From contig JAXLNO010000337.1 of NCBI GenBank assembly GCA_038087875.1, positions 1 to 64,000 on the forward strand: a stretch of DNA of 64,000 nt, read 5' to 3'. Made by a program: the position numbers and the translations under genes. Under the pieces are notes generated by a model, which was not told the DNA's origin, did no database searches, and saw nothing but the letters and a program-made list of their open reading frames with translations. The DNA is from Malacoraja senta. Taxonomy: Eukaryota. Shown in pieces: positions 34,437 through 48,346 of this stretch. The first letter of the stretch is position 1. Every line of letters begins with the position of its first letter.

Positions 34437-35144
34437 GTTTTGCAACACACGAGGAATTTCATTTGCCATATCTGTCATTCAAATAAAAAGCAACGATACA
34501 CACAAAATACATTTTAACATAAACATCCACCACAGTGACTCCTCCACATTCATCACTGTGATGGAAGGTGTAAAAATGATCAATTATCTTCCCTTCTATG
34601 CACTCCCGTGGTCAGGGGCCTCAAGCCCTCCGTTGATGGGACGATCTTGACTCCTGTAGCCAGTGGCTTTTGGGCCCTCCGCATCGGGGCAATCAGCTCC
34701 TGCATCGGGGGATGTCAACTCCCCTGCGCTGGCGATCGGACCCCGGGTCGGGGCTGGTCGAGCCTCTGGGTCGTTGGAGCTTCTCGACTCGGCTTCTCCC
34801 GAGACTGCGAACTCTTGATAGTAAGTCCGCAGGCCGCGGTTGGAGCGATCCCAGGCACGGGATCAGCTCCGATGTTAAGTCCACACCCCGCAATGGGGCT
34901 CAAGTCAGTCCGAGGAGGCATCCACATAAAACAAACCAGAGAACATTTACACAAACTTATAACACACACAAAAAAGACAAAAAAACAGACAGACTGTTGG
35001 TGCAAAGAGCTGGAGGAACTCAGCGGGTCAGGCAGCGACTGTGGAGGGAATGGAAAGACAACGTACCTCCAGCAAGATTGTTCATGTTCTAGAAGCAGAA
35101 TTAAGCCATTCGGCCCATCAAGTCTACTCTGTCATTCAATCATA

Positions 35145-36070
35145 TGCAATACTCCAGATGTGGTCTTACCAGAGCCCTATACAACTGCAGAAGAACCTCT
35201 CTACTCCTATACTGAAATCCTCTTGTTATGAAGGCCAACATTTCATTAGATTTCTTCACTGCCTGCTGTACCTGCACGCCATCTTTCAGTGACCGGTGTA
35301 CAAGGACACCCAGGTCTCGCTGTACCTCCCCCTTACCTAACCTAACCCCATAGAGATAACAATCTGACCCCTTGTTTTTGCCACCAAAGTGGATAACCTC
35401 ACATTTATCTATATTATACTGCATCTACCACGCATCTGCCCACTCACTCAACCTGTCCAGCTCACCCTGCAACCTCCTAACATCCTCTTCACAGTTCACA
35501 CTGCCACCCAGCTTTGTGTCATCCACAAACTTGCTAGTGTTGCTCCTAATTCCCTATTCCAAATCATTAATATATATGGTAATCATTTGCGGCCCCAACA
35601 CCGAGCCTTGCAGCACTTCACTCGCCACTGCCTGCCATTCTGAAAAGGACCCGTTCACTCCTACTCTTTGCTTCCTGTCTGCCAACCAATTTTCTATCCA
35701 CATCAACACCCTACCCCCAATACCATGTGCTCTAATTTTAGTCACCAGTCTCCCGTGCGGGACCTTATCAAAGGCTTTCTGAAAGTCTCGATACACTACA
35801 TCCACTAGCTCCCCTTCATCCACTTTACTTGTCACAACCTCAAAAAATTCCAGAAGATTAGTCAAGCATGATTTTCCTTTCATAAATCCATGCTGACATG
35901 GACTACTCCTTTTCCTGCTATCCAAATGCCACATTATTACCTCTTTAATAATTGACTCCAGCATCTTTCCCACCACCGAAGTCAGGCTAACTGGTCTGTA
36001 ATTCCCCATTTTCTCTCTCGCTCCTTTCTTGAAAAGTGGGATAACATTAGCTATCCTCCAATCCACAGGA
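35145..36070 (-). mobile_element. CR1 LINE internal RT fragment
   Basis: ORFs 35554-36219 and 35140-35424 with NYRPVSLTS and DFQKAFDKV. Confidence 0.9.
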
Positions 36071-37072
36071 TTTATTTTATTATTATCATGGTAGACAAAA
36101 GTGCTGGAGAAACTCAGCGGGTGCGGCAGAAGGGTTATCGGCCCGAAACGTTGCCTATTTCCTTCGCTCCATAGATGCTGCTGCACCCGCTGAGTTTCTC
36201 CAGCACTTTTGTCTAGCATCTATTATCATGTTCAGTGAACAGGTTTGTTTTGCATACTACCGCCTTCATCAGTCAGAGTATTGAATACAGAGTTGGGAGG
36301 TCATGTTAGTTGAATAAGACATTGGTGAGGCCACAGTTTGAGTATAGTGTTCAGTTTTGTTCACCATGTTATAGGAAAGATGTTGTCAAGCTTAAAAGGG
36401 TGCAGTGAAGATTTATGAGGATGTGACCAGGATTCGAGGGACTGATCGATTGGAAGAGGTTAAGCAGGCTCGGATTTTAGCCCAGGAGGGTGTGGAGTGA
36501 TCTTATAGAGGTGTACAAAATCATGAGAGGAAGAGATAGTGAATGATAGGGTTTCTTTTACACCCATGGCAGGGGAATGAAGAACTATGGTGTATAGGTT
36601 AATGGTGAGAGGGAAAAGATTTATTAGGAACCTGAGGAGAATGTTTTCACAGAGTGTGGTAGGTTTATGGAACGTGCTGCCAGAGGAGTAGTTGAGGTAG
36701 GTACTATGGGAACATTTAAAATACATTTGGACAGATAAATGGATAGGAAAGGTCTAGGGGATATGGGCTAGGTGCAGGCAGGTGGGCCGAGCTTAGATGG
36801 AGTATCTGGATCGGTATGGAGGAGTTGGGCCGAAGGAACTGTTTGACTCTGAGGCAATTTAAAAGACATTTGGACAGATACATGGACAGAAAAGGTATAG
36901 AGGGATATGGGCCAAACGCGGGCAAATGGGACTAGCTTAGATGGGGCATCTTGGTCAGTGTGGGCAAGTTGGGTTGTGTTGATAAAGTGATGCAACATCG
37001 GAGGGGCTGTTAGAATCAAGGCTGCATCTGCTGTTAGGATAAGATAGAAGATCCCAAGGTATTGTTTCAATG

Positions 37073-37781
37073 AAACAAAGCTGGGTGGCAGTGTGAGCTG
37101 CGAGGATGATGCTAGGAGGCTGCAGGGTGACTTGGATAGGTTTGGTGATTGGGCAGATTCAGTATAATGTGGAGAAATGTGAGGTTATCCACTTTGGTAG
37201 CAAGAACAAAGAAGGCACATTATTATGTGAATGGTAGACCAGCATTTTTAAACCAGCATCTGAAGTTCTTTCCTACACATTATCTGAATGGTGTCAGATT
37301 AAGGACAGGGGAGATGCAATGAGACCTGGGTGTCCTTGAACATCAGTCACTAAGCATGCTTGTATTCACTGGAGTTTAGAAGGATGAGGGGGGATCTTAT
37401 AGAAACATATACAATTATAAAAGGACTGGACAAGCTAGATGCAGGAAATATGTTCCCAATGGTGGGCGAGTCCAGAACCAGGGGCCACAGTCTTAGAATA
37501 AAGGGGAGGCCATTTAAGACTGAGGTGAGAAAAAACTTTTCCACCCAGAGAGTTGTGAATTTGTGGAATTCCCTGCCACAGAGGGCAGTGGAGGCCAAAT
37601 CACTGGATGGATTTAAGAGAGAGGTCGATAGAACTCTAGGGGCTAGTGGAATCAAAGGATATGGGGAGAAGGCAGGCACGGGTTATTGATTGGGGACGAT
37701 CAGCCATAATCACAATGAATGGCGATGATGGCTCGAAGGGCCGAATGACCTCCTCCTGCACCTATTTTCTATGTTTCTATG
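37073..37781 (+). mobile_element. CR1 fragments and 3' end
   Basis: ORF 37360-37689 plus 3' UTR and tail. Confidence 0.85.
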
Positions 37782-38015
37782 TAAATCTTTCCCGTAGCAG
37801 AGCGATCAAAACTGAACACAATACTGTAAATGCGGCCTCACCAACATCTTGCACAATTGTAACTTAACATCCCAACTCCTGTACTCAATGCCTCGACTGA
37901 TGAAGGCCAGTAAAGGCTAGCATGCAAAATAAAACCGTTCACTACACGTGACCTTAATTTACCTAAGCCTAAACATAAGGTCTCATTCTAAAATAAAAAC
38001 ATTTTTTTTCAACAG

Positions 38016-38128
38016 CTTCAATTTTTGCTCAAAATATGGGGTTCCCCAGCGAAGATTTGACAACGAATGTGTCTTTGTCCGAGCACTTAGAGTGGCTGAA
38101 CCAGAAGTGCCAGCCCAACTTCAGAAAG
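38016..38128 (+). CDS. AGA: AGA exon 4 (113 nt)
   Basis: ttttcaacag|(A)SIFAQNMGFPSEDLTTNVSLSEHLEWLNQKCQPNFRK|gtgaga. Confidence 0.93.
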
Positions 38129-38548
38129 GTGAGATAAGACACAAAATGCTGGAGTAACTCAGCGACACAGGCAGCATCTCTGGAGATATGGAATGGGTGG
38201 AATTTCAGGTCGAGACCCTTCTTCAGACTGAGAGTCAGGAGAGAGGGAGACATAGAGATATGGAAGAGTAAGGTGTGAAAACAAGACATGTAAATTTAAA
38301 ATGGATCATTGTTGGCTGAGGGGAAGGTGATTTAATCAGCAAAATTTAATCAGGAGGACAGTAAACTAGTTGGAGGACTAGGATAGTGGAGGGATGGAGA
38401 TAGAGGGAAAGTTAGAGAAGTCAATAGAGAAGTAGGAAGGTGAGTGTCTTCCCTTGTAAGAGAAGTTCTGCTGAATGTTTTAGACACTTTCAGAGCATGA
38501 AATCCGGTGTGAAGGGAACTAACCGGTGAAATCCCTGGTCTTTCACAG

Positions 38549-38666
38549 CATGTCTCCCCGCCTGCTGAAACCTCATGTGGACCCTACAAAGCAGTGAAGG
38601 AGCTCGGAACACAAAAACCAAGAAACACTTCAGCGCGTAGCCAATTTCTCAGCCATGACACCATCG
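38549..38666 (+). CDS. AGA: AGA exon 5 (118 nt) with the HD^T autoproteolysis site and nucleophile
   Basis: tttcacag|HVSPPAETSCGPYKAVKELGTQKPRNTSARSQFLSHDTI(G)|gtaaat. Confidence 0.93.
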
Positions 38667-39334
38667 GTAAATGTTTCAACATAAATTATTACGCTTAAAA
38701 TAAATTTATATACTTCTTAAAATGTAAATACAATTACGAGAGGCATAGATAGGGGTGACGGTCAGAATCTTTTTCCCAGGATACAAATATCAAATACTAG
38801 AGGGCATAGCTCTAAGATGAGAGGGGGAAAGCTTAAGGGAGTTGTGTGGAGCAAGTTTTTTATACTGAGAGTGGTTGGGGCTTGGAATGTGCAGCCGGAT
38901 TGGAGCTGGAAACAGATACCTGTAAGTTAGTGGCATTTAAAAGACTTTGGAAAGGCACATGGATACGCAGAGAATGGAGGGGTGTGGTTTATGAGCAGGC
39001 AGATAAGTAATGGTTTTGGCATCATAGCCGTCATGGACATTGTGGGCTGAAGGGCCTGTTCTTGTGCTGTACTCTTCTATGTTCTAAAACCCTTATTTCT
39101 GTATGCATTGGTATAGTTTAGATTTATTATTGTCACATATACTGAAGTACAGTGAAATGCTTTGTTTTGCAAGCAATCGAAATAGATCAGATAATATATA
39201 CATATGCAATCAAGTCATACTCAAGTACAATAGGAAGAGCAAAGGGGTAGATGCAAAGTGCAGAATATAGTTCTATGAACATAGGCCATGTCCGCAATGG
39301 GGTAGAGGTGAATCGAAGAGTACCCTAGCTTAGT

Positions 39335-40472
39335 ACCTGGAGTATTGTGTGCAGTTTGGTCCCCTAATTTGAGGAAGGACATTCTTGCTACTGAAGGATT
39401 GCAGCGTAGGTTTACAAGGTTAATTCCCGGGATGGCGGGACTGTCATATGCTGAGAGAATAGAGCGATTGGGCTTGTACACTCTGGAGTTTAGAAGGTAG
39501 AGAGGAAATCTTATTGAAACATATAAGATTGTTAAGGGTTTGGACACGCTGGAGGCAGGAAACATGTTCCCGATGTTGGGGGAGTCCAGAACCAGGGGCC
39601 ACAGTTTAAGAATAAGGGGTAAGCCATTTAGAACGGAGACGAGGAAACATTATTTCTCACAGAGAGTTGTGAGTGTGTGGAATTTTCTGCCTCAGAGGGC
39701 GGTGGAGGCGGGTTCTCTGGATGCTTTCAAGAGAGAGCTGGATAGGCCTCTTAAAGATAGCGGAGTCATGGGGATATGGGGAGAAGGCAGGAACGGGGTA
39801 GTGATTGGGGATGATCAGCCATGATCACATTGAATGGCGGTGCTGGCTCGAAGGGCCGCATGGCCTACTCCTGCACCTATTGTCTATTATAAAAGGACTG
39901 TTCAGATGTCTGAATACAGAGGGGAAGAAGCTGTTCCTGAATCATCATGGTGCACACTTTCAAGCTTCTGTTCATTCTGCGAGATGGGAGCGGGGAGAAG
40001 AAGGAATGACCTGGTGGGACGAGTCTATGATTATGTTCACTGCTTTTCTGCAGCAGTGTGGTGTAGACAGAGTAGATATTGATCTATAGAAACATATAAA
40101 ATTATAAAAGGACTGGACAAGCTAGATGCAGGAAAAATGTTCCCAATGTTGGGCGAGTCCAGAACCAGGGGCCACAGTCTTAGAATAAAGGGGAGGTCAT
40201 TTAAGACTGAGGTGAGTAAAAACCTTTTCACCCAGAGAGTTGTGAATTTATGGAATTCCCTGCCAGAGGGCAGTGGAGGCCAAATCACTGGATGGATTTA
40301 AGAGAGAGTTAGATAGAGCTCTAGGGGCTAGTGGAGTCAAGGGATATGGGGAGAAGGCAGGCACGGGTTATTGATAGGGGATGATCAGCCATGATCAAAA
40401 TGAATGGCGGTGATGGCTCGAAGGGCCAAATGGCCTCCTCCTGCACCTATTTTCTATGTTTCTATGTTCCTA
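39335..40472 (+). mobile_element. Two CR1 3' fragments (39335-39886, 40085-40472) in AGA intron 5
   Basis: LEAGNMFPMLGESRTRGHSLR motifs and 3' UTRs. Confidence 0.85.
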
Positions 40473-41711
40473 TGATGGGTCAGATCTGTGTGATGGACTA
40501 GGCTACATTCACGACTCACCATCATCAAAATCCCGACAATAGGCAGATAATAGGTTTATTATTCGTATGAGTAACAAGATACAGTGAAAAACGTGTTGGC
40601 ATGCTGTCCAGTCAAATCAGATAACATGATACATGACAGAAGATAGAACAGTACAGCACAGGAACAGGCCCTTCGGCCCACAATGTCTGTGCCTAGCTTT
40701 TCACTGTATCTAGGTACACGTGACGATAAACTAAACTGAAATTGAAACTCTTATCTGCCCACACTTAACCCATGTCCCCCCCATCTCCTGCATATACATG
40801 TGCCTATCCAGAAGTCTCTTCAATGTCACTATCATATCAGCCTCCACCACCACATACCAGGCACTCACCACTGCCAAAGTTTGTCTCTAAAAAGCAGACA
40901 GCAACAAAATTGTTAAAGGTAAACCAAGCCAATCTTTAATCGATTCGTCAGAGGGGAGTGGCGAGATCTACAAAGAGCACACACGTTGCTCAGTGCCTCT
41001 CGGGCTCCACTCAAAGAACAAAGGAAAATTAGTGTAATTATACATTTTCTTATCAATAAAACACACCTTCAAAATCTGAGTGAAAGATCCGTAGCCTACG
41101 GGAAACAAGGGAGGTTGGACCCATATATTTTATCTGCCTACACGTAATCCATGCCCCCCCCCCCCATCTCCTGCATATAAATGTGCCTATCCAGAACTCT
41201 CTTAAATGTCACTATTATATCTGCCTCCATCACCACATACCAGGCACTCACCACCTTCTGTGGAAAAAAAGGTGCCCTGCATTTCAAGTTTAAACTTGGT
41301 CCCTCTCACTTGAAAGCTATGATCTCTGTTAATAGATACATCAATCCTGGAAAATATATCCAGACTGCACCCTATCTATGCCGCTCATGATTTTATGTAC
41401 GTCTATTATGTCTCTTCACAACCTCCGGCATTCCAGAAAAAACAATCCAAATCTGTCCAACCTCTCCCTGTAGCTAATACCCCATAATCTAGGCATCATT
41501 CAGCGACTCCGTACTCTTGCTAAGGCTCCCTGTAATCGGGCGATCAGAACTGCAAGCAATACTCCATATGCGGCCTAACCAAAGTCCTATAAAGCTGCAT
41601 CATGATTTACCGACTCTTCTACTCGATGCCACGACCTATGAAAGCAAGCACACCATATACTTTCTTTACCACTCTATCTTGGCCTCCAATTACTGCAGGC
41701 ACTTTTATATC

Positions 41712-44055
41712 GTCAAGTCAAGTCACATTTATTTATATAGCACATTTAAAAACCAACTCTCGTTGGCCAAAGTGCTTTACATTTGTTATAAGAATAGCAC
41801 AACAAAACAAACTACATACATATATACATGTAGCCCTCACTCAGAGGACGTCAGGAAAGGCTTGGGAGTATAGATAAGTCTTTAGTCTTGACTTAAAAGA
41901 GTCGATGGAGGGGGCGGTTCTGATGGGAAAGGGGATGCTGTTCCACAGTCTGTGGCCTGCAACCGCAAAGGCGCGGTCGCCCCTGAGGTTATGCCTAGAC
42001 CGTGGGATATTCAGCAACCCCAAGTCGGCCGATCTGAGGGGCCTGGAGGTGGAGTGGTGGGTGAGAAGACTTTTTATGTAGGTGGGGGCAAGCCCATTGA
42101 GGGCTTTGTAGACATGGAGGAGGATCTTGAAGTTTATATGGAACCGCACAGGGAGCCAGTGGAGAGAGGCCAGGATCGGGGTGATGTGGTCCCTTTTTCG
42201 GGTGCCCGTCAGGAGTCTCGCTGCGGCGTTTTTGGACCAGTTGCAGGCGGGACTGGGAAGATTGGCTGATGCCAGTGCAAAGGGAGTTGCAGTAATCTAG
42301 GCGGGAGGAGATGAATGTGTGGATGATCTTTTCCAGGTCATCAAACTGGAGGAATTGTTTTATTTTAGCTATCGTTCGAAGCTGAAAGAAGCTAGCTTTT
42401 ACCACGGCATTGACTTGTTTGTCAAATTTCAGTGCTGAGTCAAATATCACGCCAAGGTTTTTGACGTGAGGTTTGAGTAGTGGGGTAAGGCTTCCAAGGC
42501 TGCCTGCTATCATTTTGATTGAGTCCGAGGGGCCGAGAAGGATGACCTCAGACTTACTCTCGTTTAGTCGGAGGAAGTTCTGGGACATCCAACACTTTAT
42601 ATCCTCGAGGCAGTGGGTAAGGTTAAACAGATTTGATTGGTTTTTGGGCTTCAGGGGGAGATAGAGTTGTGTATCGTCTGCGTAGCAATGGAAGGAAATG
42701 CCGTGCCTTTCAATGACTTGGCCTAAGGGGAGCATATACAGGGAGAAGAGAATGGGGCCAAGGATGGAACCCCACAGCAGAGATTAGCTGGGGAGGAGAA
42801 TGAGTTGCCTATGTTAGTCGAGAAACTCCTACCTTTGAGGTAGGAGATGAACCAGCTCAGGGCAGTGCCATCAATACCAACCCCATACCGGAGACGGTGA
42901 ATTAGGATGGTATGGTCGACAGTATCAAATGCTGCGCTGAGGTCAAGAAGGAGCAGAATTGCACAGTCGCCAGAGTGAAGTGAGCAGTAGGTCATTGTGT
43001 ACCTTCAACAAGGCAGACTCTTTGCTATGGTGAGCCCTGAAACCTGATTGGAAAGTTTCCAAGATAGTGTTTTGGTGAAGGTAAGGTATAAGTTGACTTA
43101 AAATTACCTTTTCAAGGGCTTTTGAGAGGAAAGGCAGTTTAGAAATGGGTCTGTAGTTGCTTGGCAAGGTGGGGTCGAGGTTAGGTTTTTTCAGGAGTGG
43201 TTGGACCACCGCATGCTTGAAGCAGGTCGGTACAATGCCAGTGGCCAGAGAGCTGTTGAAGATGGCGAGGATGCTGGGACCAGCTATTGTAATGACGTCC
43301 TTTAGGAGGGCAGAGGGGACAGTGTCGAGGGGGCAGGTAGTAGGTTTCATGGTGGTGATCAGTTTTACAAGGGAGGGTAGAGTAACGGGTTGGAAACTGT
43401 CTAATTTTGAAGAGCAGACCAATGAGACAACCAGGTCACGGGTGGGAGGGGAAATATTCGTTCTTATATTCTTTACCTTGCTGGTGAAAAATGTGGTAAA
43501 TTCCTCGCACTTAGCAGGGGACCCAGTTAGGCTTGTGCTGGTGGCAGGACAGATGATGGAGATAAGGGTGGAAAAATATTTAGTTCTTGCAGATTTTACG
43601 GCTTCCTGGTAATTGACAAGATTATTTTTCAGGAGTTCAAAGGAAATTTGAAGCTTATCAGATTTTTACTTCCGTTCTGATTTTCTGCATTCTCTTCTTA
43701 GGGCTCTGGTGGTATCATTGAGCCACGGCTCGCCTTTAGGCTTGGGCTTTTTCATTTTAAGAGGAGCAACAGAATCCAGGACGGAAGAGCAGGTATTATT
43801 GAATAAAGAAATTAGGTCGTCGGTACTGAGATGAGGGGTGGACGCCTCAATAGTGCAGATGTCGGTGGCGGCTATGAGAGCCTCAGAGAACTTACTGGCC
43901 GTCGTGGAGTTAACGTAGCGGGAGTACCGAGCAGGGAGATGGGATTTTGAGGGAGAGAAAGGCAGAGATATATCAAATATAATAGCACTATGGTCAGACA
44001 GGCAGGCATCAATAATATCTGTATTACGAGTTGGGAGACCAGACAAAAGCACTAG
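41712..44055 (-). mobile_element. 5'-truncated L2-clade LINE (end of endonuclease, RT, 3' tail)
   Basis: SDHSAI, NYRPISKLPFL, LDLSAAFDTVDH, HCYADDTQLY, SSRLDYCNSL, RLWNSIP; AATAAA and (GACTT)n tail. Confidence 0.92.
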
Positions 44056-44131
44056 GTTTGATTACGATTCATCGCAATGGATCGATTGCTGCAGGGACCT
44101 CTACTAATGGACAACTCCACAAAATCCCAGG
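44056..44131 (+). CDS. AGA: AGA exon 6 (76 nt)
   Basis: actag|(G)LITIHRNGSIAAGTSTNGQLHKIP(G)|gtacgt; no polypyrimidine tract upstream. Confidence 0.92.
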
Positions 44132-45110
44132 GTACGTCTGTGGTTCAAATGAACTTCCTCTCTCTGCATAAAGAACATACGAGAAATAGATTTAGCTGAT
44201 GATCCAAATGCTATTTTTAGTCTTTCTTGTTCTATCTTTGACCACCCCTGGCATAGATTGATTCAACATTCAATCTTGCTCCCTAGATGAAAATGTCAGA
44301 GGCGAGAGGTGAAGAGTTTCAGGCGCTCAATGCCCTTTGTGTAAAAAAAAACTTGCCCTGCACATAACCTTTAAGCTTTGCCCCTCTCACCTTAAAGCTA
44401 TGCCCTCTAGCCTTTGGCATTTCCACCCTTGGGAAAATGTTCTGACTGGTCACCCTGTCTACGCCTCTCATAATGTAATATACAGTTAACCCTGTTGTAA
44501 TAGATTATGGTGGGTTAAATGGGGTCTGCTATTGCCAATCTGCTATAACCGAGTAAGGGATTTGCTTCAACCAACTAGTGATCACTAGGTGAAACAACAA
44601 GTTTTCAAATACAAAGTTATCTTAAACTGCTAAGACTAAGTTTTCTGCATCTGTCTTCACAGTGGAAGACGCCAGCAACGTGCCAGACATGCAAAAGCCA
44701 GGGGGTAGAAGTTAGTGCAGTGGGATGTTGGTGCTTGGGAAGCTGAGAGGTCTATAGGTGGATATGTGACCTGGACTAGATGTATTACACCCCAGGGTTC
44801 TGAAACAGATGGCTTTAGAGGCTGTGGAGGCATTGGTGGTGATATTTCAAGAATCACTAGTCAGGAGTGGTCACAAAGAGCTGGAAAATTGTAACTCCAA
44901 ATTGCAACGATCCCTCTGCTCTACAACGCTCCCCAGAGCCCTAGCATTCGCTGTGTAGGTCCTGCCCATGTTAGACTTCCCAAAATGAAACACCTCACAT
45001 TTCTCTGTCAAGCTGAGTTACTCAACTATTTTGTGTTTATCTCTACTGTTGGCAATGCTGTAATCCCCGAGAACAATGACCTGTGTATGCGGGCAGTGAT
45101 GGGTGTGTGA

Positions 45111-48100
45111 TAGAAACATAGAAACATAGAAAATAGGTGCAGGATTAGGCCATTCGGCCCTTCGAGGATGCACCGCCATTCAATATGATCATGGCTGATC
45201 ATCCAACTCAGTATCCCGTACCTGCCTTCTCTCCATACCCCCTGATCCCTTTAGCCACAAGGGCCACATCTAACTCCCTCTTAAACATAGCCAATGAACT
45301 GGCCTCAACTACCCTCTGTGGCAGAGAGTTCCAGAGATTCACCACTCTCTGTGTGAAAAAGTTTTTCCTCATCTCGGTCTTAAAGGATTTCCCCCTTATC
45401 CTTAAGCTGTGACCCCTTGTCCTGGACTTCCCCAACATCGGTAACAATCTTCCTGCATCTAGCCTGTCCAACCCCATAAGAATTTTGTACGTTTCTATAA
45501 GATCCCCTCTCAATCTCCTAAATTCTAGCGAGTATAAGCCAAGTCTATCCAGTCTTTCTTCATATGAAAGTCCTGACATCCCAGGAATCAGTCTGGTGAA
45601 CCTTCTCTGCACTCCCTCTATGGCTATAATGTCCTTCCTCAGATTTGGAGACCAAAACTGTACGCAATACTCCAGGTGTGGTCTCACCAAGACCCTGTAC
45701 AACTGCAGTAGAACCTCCCTGCTCCTATACTCATATCCTCTTGCTATGAAGGCCAACGTACCATTCGCTTTCTTCACTGCCTGCTGCACCTGCATGCCTA
45801 CTTTCAATGACTGGTGTACCATGACACCCAGGTCTCGCTGCACCTCCCCATTTCCTAATCGGCCACCATTTAGATAATAGTCTGCCTTCCCGTTTTTGCC
45901 ACCAAAGTGGATAACCTCACATTTATCCACATTATACTGCATCTACCAAACATTTGCCCACTCACCAACCTATCCAAGTCACCTTGCAGTCTCCTAGCAT
46001 CCTCCTCACAGATAACACTGCCCCCCAGCTTAGTGTCATCCGCAAACTTGGAGATGTTGCTTTCAATTCCCTCGTCCAGATCATTAATATAAATTGTAAA
46101 TAGCTGGGGTCCCAGCACTGAGCCTTGCGGTACCCCACTAGTCACTGCCTGCCATTGTGAAAAGGACCCGTTTACTCCTACTCTTTGCTTCCTGTTTGCC
46201 AGCCAGTTCTCTATCCACATCAATACTGAACCCCCAATACCGTGTGATTTAAGTTTGTATCCTAATCTCTTATGTGGTACCTTGTCGAAAGCCTTCTGAA
46301 AGTCCAGATACAACACATCCACTGGTTCTCCCCTATCCACTCTACTAGTTACATCCTCGAAAAATTCTATAAGATTCGTCAGACACGATTTACCTTTCGT
46401 AAATCCATGCTGACTTTGTCCAATGATTTCACCACTTTCCAAATGTGCTGCTATCCCATCTTTAATAACTGACTCTAGCAGTTTCCCCACTACCGATGTT
46501 AGACTAACTGGTCTGTAATTCCCCGTTTCCTCTCTCCCTCCCTTCTTAAAATGTGGGGTTACGTTTGCTACCCTCCAATCCTCAGGAACTACTCCAGAAT
46601 CTAAAGAATTTTGAAAAATTATCACTAATGCATCCACTATTTCTGGAGCTACTTCCTTAAGTACTCTGGGATGCAGCCTATCTGGCCCTGGTGATTTATC
46701 GGCCTTTAATCCATTCAATTTACCCAACACCACTTCCCGACTAACCTGGATTTCACTCAGTTCCTCCATCTCCTTTGACCCGCGGCCCCCTGCTATTTCC
46801 GGCAGATTATTTATGTCTTCCTTAGTGAAGACGGAACCAAAGTAGTTATTCAATTGGTCCGCCATATCCTTGTTCCCCATGATCAATTCACCTGTTTCTG
46901 ACTGCAAGGGACCTACATTTGTTTTAACTAATCTCTTTCTCTTCACATATCTATAAAAACGTTTGCAGTCAGTTTTTATGTTCCCTGCCAGTTTCCTTTC
47001 ATAATCTATTTTCCCTTTCCTAATTAAGCCCTTTGTCCTCCTCTGCTGTTCTCTGAATTTCTCCCAGTCCTCTGGTGTGCTGCTTTTTCTGGCTAATTTG
47101 TACGCAACATATTTTGCTTTGATACTATCCCTGATTTCCCTTGTTATCCACGGATGCACTACCTTCCCTGATTTATTCTTTTGCCAAACTGGGATGAACA
47201 TTTTTTGTAGTTCATCCATGCAGTCTTTAAATGCCTTCCATTGCATTTTAGAACTAATTGCCAGTCAATCTTGGCCAATTCACGTCTCATACCCTCAAAG
47301 TTACCTTTCTTTAAGTTCAGAACCGTTGTTTCTGAATTAACAATGTCACTCTCCATCCTAATGAAGAACTCAACCATATTATGGTCACTCTTGCCCAAGG
47401 GGGCACGCACAACAAGTCTGCTAACTAATCCTTCCTCATTACTCAATACCCAGTATAGAATAGCCTGCTCTCTCGTTGGTTCCTCTACATGTTGGTTTAG
47501 ATAAATATCCCTCATACATTCCAAGAAATCCTCTTCCTCAGCACCCCTGCCAATTTGATTCACCCAATCTATATGTAGATTGAAGTCACCCATTATAACT
47601 GTTTTGCCTTTGTTGCACGCATTTCTAATTTCCTGTTTGATGCCATCCCCAACTTCACTACTACTGCTAGGTGGCCTGTACACAACACCCACCAGCGTTT
47701 TCTGCCCCTTAGTGTTTCGTAGCTCTACCCATACCGATTCCACATCCTCCAAGCTAATGTCCTTCCTTTCCACTGCGTTAATCTCCTCTCTAACCAGCAA
47801 CGCTACCCCACCTCCTTTTCCTTTCTCTCTATCCCTCCTGAATATTGAATATCCCTGGATGTTCAGCTCCAAGCCTTGGTCACCCTGGAGCCATGTCTCC
47901 GTGATCCCAACTATATCATAATCATTAATTGCTATCTGCACGTTCAACTCATCGACCTTATTACGAATGCTCCTTGCATTGAGACACAAAGCCTTCAGGC
48001 TTGTTTTTACAACGCTCTTACCCCTTATACAATTATGTTGGAAAGTGGCTCTTTTTGATTTTTGCCCTGGATTTGTCTGCCTGCCACCTTTACTTTTCAC

Positions 48101-48326
48101 CTTGCTACCTATTGCTTCCGCCCGCATTTTGCACCCCTCTGTTTCTCTGCTCACCCATTTAAGAACCCCACCACCTCTTATTCTCTGTTTATTATTGTTT
48201 TCTTCTTCGCCCCCTACATGTTGGGTCTGAGTGCTTTCCTTCTCTGCCTCCTGCCTCACACACTGTCTAATAGCATTCTCTATTTGAGTCCCTCCCCCCA
48301 ACCATTCTAGTTTAAAGTCTCCCCAG
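45111..48326 (-). mobile_element. CR1 LINE with nearly complete ORF2 (APE endonuclease + RT), two frameshifts
   Basis: ORFs 47159-48301 (NARSIRNK, ITETWL, MGDFN, SDHN), 45870-47246 (RT) and 45208-45942; (TTTCTATG)n tail. Confidence 0.96.
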
Positions 48327-48346
48327 TTTGTGGGTGTGTCTTACAG

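Noticed and set aside
29700..37990. AGA exons 1-3
   Set aside because: Searched by eye for NTW, GGSPDE/LDAMIMDG and VGAV...HTLLVGE coding sequence; none found. The interval is mostly LINE and transposon debris. Highly degraded copies could be missed.
45185..48310. Plus-strand ORFs overlapping CR1 (e.g. 45485-45877, 47580-47921)
   Set aside because: Antisense shadows of LINE ORF2 with no independent evidence.
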